Shown piece after piece: positions 52,001 through 64,000 of a DNA stretch of 64,000 nt. Positions within the stretch are counted from its first letter, which is position 1. Each line of letters begins with the position of its first letter. The notes beneath the pieces were generated by a model. That model worked only from the letters and a program-made list of their open reading frames with translations. It did no database searches and was not told where the DNA came from. Both the position numbers and the translations under genes were made by a program. This DNA comes from Auanema rhodensis (taxonomy: Eukaryota > Animalia > Nematoda), in assembly GCA_964057225.1 (NCBI GenBank), contig OZ059898.1, positions 5,580,001-5,644,000 on the forward strand, in the 5' to 3' direction.

Positions 52001-55000
52001 ATATTTTAATCACATTTTATTAAATAACTTCTGCTGTAATTGAAGTCAAGTTTAAGAAGTTCAAAATGAGTTGCATTCTTGAAATTCTTTGTTTTGATAA
52101 CATGTTCAAACATTTTTGATGAAATATTTTTGTTTCGAAAATGAACCAACTTGGTTTCAGTATGAAGAAGATTTTCTAGAAGAGTGATGTTGAAACGAGG
52201 ACACATCATCAACATTAAGAAAAGATGAAGAGTCTAGAGTGAGAAAAAGTATATGACACTATGTATATTTAAGAGAGAGAAAGAAAACGACCGAGTGAGA
52301 AAGCAAGATATTCTGAGTCAAATGAGAAAAAGCTTTCTTGTTTTAAGAATTTATTCGATCAATAGGAAATATTCCTTGTTACAAAAATAATTTCAATTTC
52401 ATTTATGTGTTTTCTTTATCATATCTGTATATTGGCCTGAATTTAAAAATATTTAGAATTTATATTTTAGAAAAGAACTAGTAAACCAACAGATTCGAGA
52501 AAAACTTAAAGCTGTTGAAGCCCGCAAGGATCGTATTAGGCAATTAAGAGAAATGCTTGAAATTAGTCGTTAGTTATTTTTAGAATTTTAGTTTTTCTAT
52601 TTTCATTGTAGTTTTTGAAAAAAAACAATTAATTCTCGTGTAAAACAATAATTTTACAGACAAACATGCGCTTGCAGAACAAGCTGAGCAAGATGCTCAA
52701 CAGCAAGCACAGGAACATGCTGAGCAACAAAATGAGAAACCCGCAGAGGAACAGGTTAAGCAACAAGCTGAAAAGAAGACATCGAATGATTTGGAGAAGG
52801 ATGATCATAAAGAAGAAGAATTGCATTCACTTGACCGTCAAATATCATCTGACATTCATGATGATATGACAGAAGAAGAACTTCGAGAATATGAACGAAC
52901 AGAGAAAGAATTGAGTGAAACAATACGAAACGCCACCTTCAATCTTCAGTAAGAACTTTTTTTCTTTAAAATTCCTTGGCAAAAATATTGGGTGTGATGA
53001 ACAAAAAAAAACTATTTATAAGAAACATTGTTCATTTGTTTTTTACTTCATTCTTCATTAATTTTATTGATGAAGGCTCAAAAAATAGTAAAACAGTTGC
53101 TTCTTAGTTTTTTTTCAACCAGTTTTCATTTCATGATTAGTAACCTTGCTCAATAACTTTGTATCTAAATCTAAATTATTCTATAAAACTAATTATAAAA
53201 ATATGAGACACTGGGATGATTTAAGAATGTAAGTTGCTTTTGTTGTTTTAATTATGCATATTAACTATATCATTTTAATTTTTGTGATTCATCAGTGCAA
53301 CTGTTCTTTATTTAATATCCATTTTCTTGAAAAGAACACATACACGTGAAATATCTTGGTTAATTATTCTTTTGTTACTTTATAGTTCAGTTGTAAAAGA
53401 AGCAGCCAATTTAATTATACTAATATCGTATTATATAATATTAAATTTCATTTTGTTTCAGGAACTTAACATTAATGCGAATGCGTTTGGAAGATATGCA
53501 AGCTCGGGGTGAAAGTATTTCTGAAGAAGATGCTCAGCTCATAGATCGCTTAGATAATCATGGTGGAAATGAACAATCTTCCGAAGCCATTGAAGACCAG
53601 GCGCCTCCAGTTCCTACATCGTCACCTCCATCAGCATCCTTAGAGAAGGAGGTTTGTAGAAGTATAACACGTTTCTAAGCTTGATTATTGTGTGTCTAGT
53701 TTCTATTTTCTATTTCTATGTGGAGCATGTATGAGTTTGTTTATGTCTTCAAGATTTTTAAGAAAATATACTTTGTTTTTTAAACAAAAACAGTTTTTTT
53801 TTGTTTCAAGCATTATAGATTTTTTTTAAATTCGAATACTATTTAGTGCATGTTCATTAATGATGTGATGATTGCTGTGATTATTAATATTAAGTAATAT
53901 GTTATATACCTATTTTTCAATATTTTCTAACAATATCTTACATATAATTCGATAATAATCTGATATACGGGCTTGTATATTGAATTCATTTATATTTTTC
54001 TTGAATATACGAATGTCTTTTCATATTCAGAAGTTATTGCATGAGTAAAATGGTGTCTCCCAGTTGTAAGCAAATTTGAAATTTTTTTGAAGATTTTCAA
54101 TTAGGTGTGGTGAAACAAATATGTTTGATTATGAGGAATATATAAAAGGCTGAAAGGAGAGAATGAAAGACAGAAGAGATAAAATGATGAAAAGAGACAT
54201 CAGGAGAGTATACAACGAGAGTTAGAGAGAATCAAGGAGTAGTGTGATGGAAAATGAGAAAATAGAAAGGAAAGAACGAGCATATAAGAGATTCTACTTA
54301 GCATTAACATATAATAACCATTTATACCACCTGTTGGTTAATGTTTAGAGATAGTGAAGTCAGCCGAAGTATTATTAATAATTGTGGTTGCCTTAGCTTT
54401 ATGGATGCAAAGATCATCTCGAAATATGGCTTAGACACTAGTTGTCATGGTGATAATCAGCTGGCGTACATTCATGTAAGTAAAGAGAAGAGAAATGAAA
54501 GAAATGCGTAAGAAATACTATCAGCTGAATTTATAAGCTATAGTAGCTATATGAGAATTAAGAATTAAAAAAGATTATTTTAATCCATGCTTATAACTTT
54601 TTCGATAAAATTATTTCAATAATTACTTCGGAAATAGACTAGTTTCTTCCTTTTAGTTAGAAATGATTAAAAACTCATTATATATAACTTTTAACTATTT
54701 AAGTAACACAATTAGAAAATATACCTAAATTACTCTTAAAAATCTATTGTGATATCAGGTTGAAGATTCCTGAGATTCCTGCAAGTTTCAACGATTGCAT
54801 AATCGCTTGTATTAAAAATATCATTGAAAGAGTTTGTATTTCTTTGCTGTTTTACTATTAACTCTCTCATTCTTTCCCTCATTTTGCCTTCCAATTTTCA
54901 TCTCTCAATATCTTTTCATTTATAATTGTGTATCTCTTTTAGTCATGAAATGACTCGCTTATTTCCATATAGAGTAATTGTAGTCATCGTTCGCAGAGAA

Positions 55001-58000
55001 AACAAGAAAAAATTCACAAATAAAAGCGATCTAATTAAAATTCTAACCAGCGGAATGTGTTTAGATTATGGTTGCTATTTTGAGACTTCATTCCTTATAC
55101 CAAGTTTTATTTCATAGAAAATAATGATAACATACATATATGAGGAAATGTATTTTTCAAAATCAAAATGATCCGCATTAACTATGATACAAGATCAGAA
55201 ATGCGGCTTCTATATTTCAAATACAAGAAAGTTGAAGAAACGAAAAAATATTAGTGTGTTAGTGAGAAGAAGTCAATTTGGAAGAAAAAAATGTAGGAGC
55301 GCTTACTAAAATCTCCTCTTCTCCAGTTTTCTCAACTTAGATATCTATAAATAGAGAAGCACATAAGCTTGCTTCGGCTTACATGCTATCAACAGCATTC
55401 AATATGAATGAAGTAAGCGATCATGTCGATCATCAACTTTATAAAACGAAAATACATTCTTTAATGCTTAATAATGAAGCCTTTTACTAATATTTATAAT
55501 TAAAATGTAATTTCATCATAAATATGAGTGAATCGGAAACAAATGCACAACATCTGGCTACGTGCGTGAAGTCGAAGAAGATGGAAAAACGAAACGAGCC
55601 TGCTTTTACTCATTGATGAGTGGTAGAGGAGGAAGAACCCAGTACAGATGTGCCTGAATTGAATTGAACTTGCAATTGTCCCTCCATCTTGCCTTTGATT
55701 AGTTTCATTGTGAGCTTTCAACTAATTTTCATTGTGAAGATTAAAATTGTAATCGTTTTTTCAAGTCCTATCTAATGTGAATGTCCAAAATTGTCTATTT
55801 TCTTAAACAAAAATAACAATACTACTAGGATATAAAGTTCAATTATAAAGATTTATGAATTACAGATCGAGGATGTCGTCCGTGAACAGTTTACATCAGT
55901 ATTCAAAAAACCAGCTACAAGTGCTAGATCTAATGTAGCCTGTTGTTCCTGCCATGAAAATTATAATTTTTCAACAACAGCGACAAGACTGAATCGCATG
56001 GAACATTTATTTCGTCAACAAATGGATGATGTACGCCATATCAAGGAAATGGTAACTTTCTTACGTTCTTTTTCCTATAAATATTCTGAAAATATCTGAG
56101 TCGAAGAGTCTCTGTTTCTGTATGTTGAGGAAGCTCGGTTGTGTATGTATTGCTGAGATAAGAAGCAAATGGAATTTTCTATCTTTTTTAGCTCATCCAA
56201 CACGATGAAGGAGACTTCCATGTCTTCTGGTCACCTCTTCACTCACTCTGCTATTACATTAGGGCAACGGAAATGACAATTCCGACATCTGCACAAGCTG
56301 TCGGATTCCGTTTACTCAGCCATCCAATATTTTCTTTGATGCTGCTACATTAATTGGGAAAATTTGAGATTTTCTTTGGTTTCGTAAGAGTTGAGACACT
56401 AGCCTATATCATGGCATGCTAGGCATTTCGTCTATTGTTGCAAAACTTTTCGTCTCTCCGTTAGCTTTTATTCGGAAATAAAACAATATTTTTGGTAAAA
56501 AATGTGGAAGAATTTGACGAAAAGGAGAAGTTTTCGAAAAGACTCTTCAAAACATTAGCATATGCTTGAGCATGTAGATCATAGCATCAATGTTTATAAA
56601 AACATTTTATAAACATAATTCCACTTTTCATTTGGGCTTTTAGCAAAAAAATCAAAAAAAAAAGATCGATAGTTTGAAGAACCTGAGGAAGGGTTGATCT
56701 TTATATTATATATTATATTAAGTCTTTTATTATTTTCTCAATCCACTTTATGCATTTTTATACTATTATTCCTTTTTTTTCTACTTTTTTTCTGCAAATC
56801 TTAATTAACAAAAAAAACTTTATTACTCTATGCAACTGGCCGCCAGATGTTTCTTATTGCTTTTCAACTTCTTACTCATCTAATGTTCTTTTATGAATAT
56901 ACCGTCGAAATCTTCTGATGTCTGGCGGCCAACTCAACTATGATTCTTTTGATAATACCGACGAAGAACCATACCCCCTGCTCTGCGTTCAACTCACTTC
57001 ATTATTTTTCGGTGCTCTCTGTTCGTCCAATGCGCACGAGGCTTTTGTAACCAGCACATTAATTCCGTTTTTTCAACAGATATTTGCAATCAAATCTTAC
57101 TCAGTTTAAACAAGAAACTGCCTTAATTTCCATAGGTGACAGATGGATTAACTTTAGGAGATCTGATATATCGATTAGAGGGCGGGGCCATAAGGTGGGT
57201 GGAGAAGCTGAGCTGTGAGCTGAAGTAGGCGGGACGAGGGGCACATCAGCAGCAGCAGCAGCAGCAGTCGTTCTGCCAAGTCTCTGGTCGTCATCAGTGG
57301 TGTCCACTTCATCAGTACACTCATTTATTTACACTTCTACGTACTACTACTGCCCATCTTCGTTCTTGTCATCCATATTTTCCCAATTCCAATCACAGTC
57401 TTATCCATCCTTCCCAAAATCTATATAGCAATAGCTAGTACATAGACATCAGATTTTGAATAATTCAACCTTATGGCGAGGACCATGATGTATTCAAGTC
57501 AGCCATTTCAATCAAACCCCATGTTTGGATTTAAACCTGTTCACATACTCAAAAGATATTTCTAAGTAGTTTTGCCACTTGGAACTTCGGCAGTAGCTTT
57601 GATGACGTATGCTAAGTTTCAAAGTCGATTCATAAGTGGATATAGAAGGGACGGCTGTCTCGTCCAGCTTATTCATAAGACATTCGAGTTGCTACTGCAT
57701 TTGATATAAGCTTCTGAAAATAGTCGTTGTGTGTATGTGTCTCTGATGCCTTCAGGCGGTTTAGTGTGGTCATGACGAGCGGTCATGCCTCGAGGCTGGT
57801 GGAGTCGGCAGCACGAGTGTGCTCTCTGTGCAAGAGCCTTTTCAGTCTTTTTCCCGGAAATCAATGTGCTGTCTGCCCGGCTGAATTGCCTCCATTGACA
57901 GCACGACAACGAACTGGCAGGCAACCGGACATCTTACATAAACGACAAAACAATAGCATCATCATATATCCTGTGAAAATGTTCAGCTAATCTCAAGTAA

Positions 58001-60791
58001 CATAGACGATGTTTTGATTGTCAAATTAGCACAACAAACTCACCATTATTAAAGATTAAATAGATAATTAGCTATAAGTTATCCGTTAACTATATGCATA
58101 TTGTATATAGTATATCTATTTAAATAGAAGCATTTTATCAATGTACAGCACATTCCCTGTTTCTTTTTAGTCATCTGTTCAGGACCTTTTCACTACTAGT
58201 TACAACCATGTTCATTCTATTTCATCGTCATGTCTCTCTGCTCGTAATAATGTCGCAACCATGCTGGTTGCTCTGTTTCGTTCTGGGCATTTGACACAAC
58301 CAACAGACGTGCCTATGTCTAAATCTATATCGATAATATATTGCTTAGAAAAAACATTGTAAAGGTGTTTGATACAACATCAAATGTATTGTTTCTATTG
58401 GTATTCCATAGCTATATTTATAGTTATAAAAAGACAAAACAATCTAAAAGAATTGATGTATTCCCAAAAGTAGAAAGATACCTTTTCAATTATCTATTAA
58501 TCACACCATCATCATAAATTCTAGCTTATAATGTCATTGAGAACGTGTTTATGGACGTTTGTGATGTGAGAACTTCATACGTTTTGAAAGCTTATCCATA
58601 TTTCTATATTCAAAATCCTATATACGTTTCTGTTTGTAAAAATTGTGAACTAGTGTTCTCTAATAACATGACTACCTATCGCAATACTACATCAGATTCG
58701 TTTTTTCATTTGCTCCTGTTTCAATTCAGTTCTTCAACCCCCTTGTCTTCTATCTTTGATCAGCATACAAGACATACCGAGTCAGGCTACAGATAATAAA
58801 TATGATATAAACCATATTGAATGTTCCCTTAACTATTCAACTTCAAATTATCTAGATATGTCCCACTGCTTCTAATCTATCCATTACTAAATCGGCTTTA
58901 CTTCGTGCTTCATCCAGCTTGCTTGGCTCTCTGGCTGATGTGCTGAGCCAGATGGCAGTTGGGCAGCATACAGCTGCTCGCGAATTAGACAGCCTTTTGA
59001 ATCAACTTTATCAGGCTGATTATACTGTATCTAACAACTCATTACATCATCAGGTACGTTAATTAAAATATGTGTTGTGTCTTCACTCATTTGAAATTTG
59101 TTTTCTCATAACTTTTGTTTTTACTATTACTTTTAATATAAAGTATATATCTAAATGAATAAACATCTAGATATACATTTCAGAGATCTTTGTAGATATA
59201 ACATATTTTCATTTATTATATTTTCATTTTTTTTTAAATTTCAAATAAAAAAATAGAAATTAATAAACTTTTTTCTTTTTCATTCTGTCGTGTCTGTGTC
59301 TGTTAGTTTGCTTTTTGTGTATGTCAGTGTGATATTTCTTAATTTTTCTAATTTTTTAAAAATTTTTTTCCTTGCAAAAATTTTTTTTATAAATTTTCAC
59401 TTCGTAAGTACAGCGCCTCGCCAGTTAAGTGAATGCTTTGCCACAGTCTTAGAAGTAGTAAGCTGGGCTTAGGTTCGCTTAGGCTGGAGAGAGTGGCATT
59501 ACCGTATTCACACACGGCTTCTCTGATGATCAGAGATTTAATTTAAATTATTTCAAATAGATAAAAGCAATGAGTTATAAACTATCAAAAGTTATTAAAT
59601 AAACTAAACCGGGAAATAAAGCCATTATTTATTATCGAATATTTCATTACCAGTACTTCTTTATTTCCATATTCATGCTTAACTATTTTTTATAGTTCAG
59701 ATTTCATTGTATGTATATAAGTATTGGGATATATATGAAATTTTACGAATTTTTCTGCTTCTGCCTTCATTTTAACCTCTTTTTCATTTTGCTCTCCATC
59801 TGCTTATTTTGGGGCGGGCATCGATTGCTTTCCTGACCACCACGGAGCTACACATGATACCAGGCAGTGTCTCCAGTTGAGGAGCAGCGCGTAATTCAGT
59901 TTTTAATTTCCTCTTAGGCTGTTTGTGGGTTTTATTGACGAAAGAGCCAGGCGCTTCATCGTCTTCACTAGACGTTATCGCCAACTTAAAAGTTTTATTT
60001 ATTTATATATTACATATATGTATAAGAAATGTATTATACAAAATATATATGTGTAAATATAATAAGGTTGGAGAAAAAAAAGAAGATATAATCTATTTAT
60101 ATTAATTAATATAATTAATATATTATTTGATTAATACTTCTCTTTCTTTATTTATTCTTTTTCAAGTTTTTTTTTGAAAAAATACTCATAATAATCATTC
60201 ATAGTTTATTATAAAAATAAAACATCTTGATAAGTGAAGAGATTTTAAAATATAAATATTTTAAAATTAGTTGAAATACTAAAGCAACCGATCTTTGTTT
60301 TCAATTTATTTGAAATGAAAAAAAAAAGAAGAATAGTGCCGTTTCCTCTACAAAATATTTCAGTTAAAATGAAATGTCCATGTATAGGACATTTAATGAT
60401 TATTCCATATGAAGTTCAAATCTTTTTGAATCAGAAACTAGGGGATTACAACAAAGTTTAATAATGTTTTCATGGTTATACAGATTTTTATGAAAATAAG
60501 GTGTTTCACTGCCCGCTGTTGACCCTTCAAAGTAACCATAAATTTAATTTTAGAAAAAGTAAAAACAGGACTTTCAACATTTTTCTATCTAAGTTTAAAT
60601 TTTTGTGTCTTAAGGTTTCAATGCTTCAAAACGTATATAAGAATGTTCACTATATTGTTTTAAAAGGAAGAAAAATAATTTAATTTGTGAACTACAGAGG
60701 AAAGGCAATTATGGATTCTGAAAGTTGGCATGTCAGAATTCTCGTTCTATATTCATCTGTATAGCACATACACATACATACATATGTACAT

Positions 60792-60857
<66 letters not shown>

Positions 60858-63360
60858 TTATTATAAAAAACATTTTTTGGAAAAAAAAGTAACTCATTGA
60901 TTCCATTTCTACAGTATTTTACAGCTTATAAGTTATATGCTTATACATGTATGACAATGAATATTTAATGTTAGTTTTAAAGTATTTTTTCGATTAAGAT
61001 GGCTCCAATGAAAACGAAAAAAAAGTTTTTCTTTTTGATATGTAAACTTTGAAGATGAATTAGATATATAATATGATTTTCGAGGTTTCTTTTTGAAAGA
61101 CCCATGTTTAGCTCAGCTTTGACTGTTTCCATGGCAATAATTTTCATGCAAAATCTCGGACGAGAATGCATACCAAAAGAAATATATGAAAAAACTTGAC
61201 TTAAACGAATTTTAAGAGTAAAGATAAAAAATATATGCTGATTGTTATAGATAATTGAATGATATTAGCATATAATCTGAAATATATGTATGAGTAGAAT
61301 ATATGTCTATTTGTTATAAAAATTTATTATTTTTATTCTTCCAATACAATATGTGGAATACTGCAATTAATTCTAAAAAAAGAGACTTCATGTAACATTT
61401 GTGATGATCGATAGATGTCACAAATATTTTCATATAAACGAAGTGTTGTCAGTTGGAAGACAAAAATGCAAATCAAAGACAAAGATTGAATAACTACAAT
61501 ATGGCTCTAACAATTGGCATTTCTTTATTAATATTTCAATAATAATATACTTAATTTATTTTTTTAGTTTTTTAAATATAAATATATACATAATATTGTA
61601 TAATTAGAATCAAATTTATATTTACAGGCCTTAAACTCTGATGTTCATATGGGATTTGAAGATGTTATAGCAAATCCACAGGTATGTTCAACTGTTCATA
61701 AACTATTCGATTTTTAAACACGATATGTGTAGAAAATATTTCGAAATTGTGCAAGTGTTTGAAGAGAACCGTTGATGGCTTTCTACTATCGACAGTTGTT
61801 TTACGTCAAATGATGTTCTTCATCTACCCCAAAGACGCTAATACATATTTTCGGTGGAAGAGGGAAGGGGGCCCGAGAAGTATAGCAAAGAGAGATGAGT
61901 TGAGAAGAGGATTTCATTCAGATGTTGTAATAGAGAACATATTGGACTATCATTCGAATTTCAATTTCAGAATTAACCAGATGCTTACACTCAGGTCAAT
62001 GTATTCGAAAAAATGAAATTTATTTTATTTTAAGCGGAAGAAAGATTTTCATGACCAGGCTATTCTGAGAGGTCATTGAAAGTTTAAAAAAAGGAAATGG
62101 AATGAATAGAAAGAAAGAGCTGCAAGCAAGACGTAGAAAAAATAAGTTTTAGATGGCTCAGCTTCTATCATCCTCATCTGATTAGTTTACTCTATTGAAT
62201 TTTACTTTTCATTCTCTAATGAGCTTAATATGGATATCAAAAGAATAATCTGACTTAGAAGGGCTCATATGAAAGAAGAAAAGAATTTGTATGTTGGCAG
62301 TTGGTAGAGATAATAGAGGAGAAACGAGAACAAGCAAAGAGGATTGTGGGGGGGGGGCAAGAGGAAGGGGGCATTTCGATAGAATAATTTGAAGAATTTT
62401 TTTGGTTTCATACTGAATACTAAATGAAAAACATTTAGAATGAAACTGAATATTCAATGATTACTATTATGTTACAAAACAGATTTTTGTCACTGAGTAG
62501 ACTATATTTTGAAATAAAAAAAGTTATTTTTATTGAAATATTTATTATTCTTTATTGTATTTCATAGACTAAAACTACATTTCATATTCATAACGAACTA
62601 TATAGCTTGCTTCGTTGCCATGGTAAATTCTCTCACTCATCAGCCTAAAGAGAAAAAGATTAATCTCAAACTTAAATAAGTGAATGAACAAGATTTTCAA
62701 TTAGGAGCTGCAAGAAATAATTAATTCAATTTCTAGTCTTAACGTTAAAAAAAGAACAATTGATAGTGGTATTATACATATATCTAAATATAGCTATGTG
62801 GTTTTGAAACAAGAAAAAAACGTTTATTTTCTCAGCAAAATATTTTTTTTAATATTTCAGGCATATGATTACTCAGAAGAAATAAGCCAACATCAAAATT
62901 CTAAGCGTGATAATCAATCTCCTACACTTGTGAAACAGAAAACAATCGAAAGTGTTCGATTTGTGATTGAACCTACAGAAATTGAAGATAATGTTGAATA
63001 TAGAAGTCCCTCGACTTCTGAAATATCGGGATCTTCAACTTCGGAACGGCTATCGTGTTCACCTACAGCTGCCGGCGGATTTGCACATCCTATTGTTGGA
63101 TATCAAGCTGCATCTGGTGGCAGTGGAATGACTTCAACTGAATCTGTAGAATCGAATGGTATATGGATGAAGCAGATTAACTCAGAAGCAGATGTAGTAC
63201 CTGTTAATAACCAAACTGAAGTGGTCAATGAGCCAGAACGAGAAAATGAAATATCTAAAACGGAAAATGAGCATTTACAGAATATTGTTCGAACTATCAT
63301 TCAGATTTTGTCATCACAATTTCAATGTGCCACTGTACTTACACTTGACATAGGTAACAG
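49097..63360 (+). CDS. Large coiled-coil protein, candidate divergent PCM1-like; mir-86 host gene; 3'-incomplete in this window
   Basis: Approximate exons: 49097-49293, 49337-49429, 49474-49595, 49642-49769, 50503-50598, 50648-50754, 50802-50897, 51197-51273, 52471-52568, 52659-52948, 53462-53651, 55866-56051, 58856-59053, 61628-61681, 62861-63360. The junctions I checked are in phase and no terminal stop is reached. Gene existence is well supported; PCM1 identity is tentative. Confidence 0.7.
54441..54454 (-). promoter_or_regulatory. X-box (RFX/DAF-19 site) ATCACCATGACAAC
   Basis: Plus strand GTTGTCATGGTGAT; fits RTHNYY-WT-RRNRAC. Confidence 0.5.
57165..57330 (+). promoter_or_regulatory. 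GC-rich intronic island with GC boxes and (CAG)6, possible internal promoter
   Basis: GAGGGCGGGGC, GGTGGGTGG and AGGCGGGAC, followed by a CAG repeat, in an otherwise AT-rich intron. Confidence 0.4.
59418..59490 (+). ncRNA. mir-86: microRNA mir-86 precursor hairpin (mature 5p at 59426-59448)
   Basis: TAAGTGAATGCTTTGCCACAGTC matches recalled C. elegans miR-86-5p exactly. Complementary 3' arm GCTGGGCTTAGGTTCGCTTAGGC at 59462-59484. Intronic and on the sense strand of the host. Confidence 0.93.
60765..60859. repeat. Compound (CATA)n/(TA)n/poly-T microsatellite
   Basis: Directly visible. Confidence 0.9.
61125..61138 (-). promoter_or_regulatory. X-box (RFX/DAF-19 site) ATTGCCATGGAAAC
   Basis: Plus strand GTTTCCATGGCAAT; a strong consensus match. 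Confidence 0.55.
62614..62627 (+). promoter_or_regulatory. Near-consensus X-box GTTGCCATGGTAAA
   Basis: One terminal mismatch; about 235 bp upstream of exon 62861. Confidence 0.4.
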
Positions 63361-64000
63361 GTATGTGCTTCTTTATTTTTTAAAAAAGAAAATTCTTTTA
63401 GTGTAATTCTTAAAATAAGGGGTTTCGAAATTTTACATACCATTTGCTCTATCAACGTGTAATTATAAATGTTTTCGAATAACAACCTTCCCATCTAGCA
63501 GTTTCTTTTTCCTTTCTATATTACAAAAAAAATACTTTTGAGATTCAATCACGAGGGGTTAAAGGTAACCCAAATGAACAGTTGTTGCGTTGATAGAATA
63601 GTCACAAAAGTAAAAGATGTAGGAAAGATGAAAATCTTTTACGAGAAACAAAAAGGCCAGCAGCCGTCTCTCTGCAATTACAATAAGTGAGAGAGAAAGG
63701 CTGAAGATAGAGACAAGAAAAAGCAACAGTTGACGTTTTGGAGATTAGGCGACGAATAAGACCGGATAGATGAGAAAACAGCTTCCTTTTCATTTCGCAT
63801 ACAATTGCTCAACCAAATACTTCTCTATAGTTGAGAAAAAGGGATAATGAATGGGAAAAAAGGGAGTAAGGGAGTGGGGAAGTAGACAATTCCGATAACA
63901 TTTCCAAGTAAAAATTTTTTTTCCAAAAAAAAAGAAAGTTTTATAGTAAATCCTATAACATTCTCAATTTTTAGCTTGCGAGACCTCATAGTAGCATTAG

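Noticed and set aside
59466-59484. TTAGG/TTAGGC telomere-like words
   Set aside because: Only two imperfect units, and they are the mir-86 3' arm.
59859-59880. AGGCAGTGT resembling the miR-34 5' end
   Set aside because: The match stops after 9 nt and no pairing arm was seen.

Overview
AT-rich eukaryotic DNA from a rhabditid (clade V) nematode. Genes are compact, with many ~40-55 nt introns, TTTCAG/TTTTAG acceptors and operon-like spacing, so the ORF track shows only exon fragments. I reconstructed about 18 protein genes by eye. In order: ABCA transporter (abt-4-like), Cys-rich secreted protein, Bdp1, eIF5B, TNNI3K-like kinase, Gly/Tyr/Met-rich peptide precursor, mtss-1, NIPSNAP with an intronless HAD phosphatase nested in its first intron, snap-29, sma-3, wah-1/AIF, INTS15/C7orf26-like, a low-complexity protein, ung-1, a C2H2 zinc-finger gene, top-3, and a long coiled-coil gene running off the right end. 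That last gene hosts mir-86, resembles PCM1 and has intronic X-boxes. Best leads: (1) the nested HAD gene, whose poly(A) signal sits directly on the host gene's 3' splice site, a candidate either/or RNA-processing switch; (2) a candidate divergent nematode PCM1 locus with RFX/DAF-19 sites and a miRNA; (3) a peptide precursor with a dibasic-flanked two-Cys peptide. All homology calls come from recalled sequences and motifs, not database searches.
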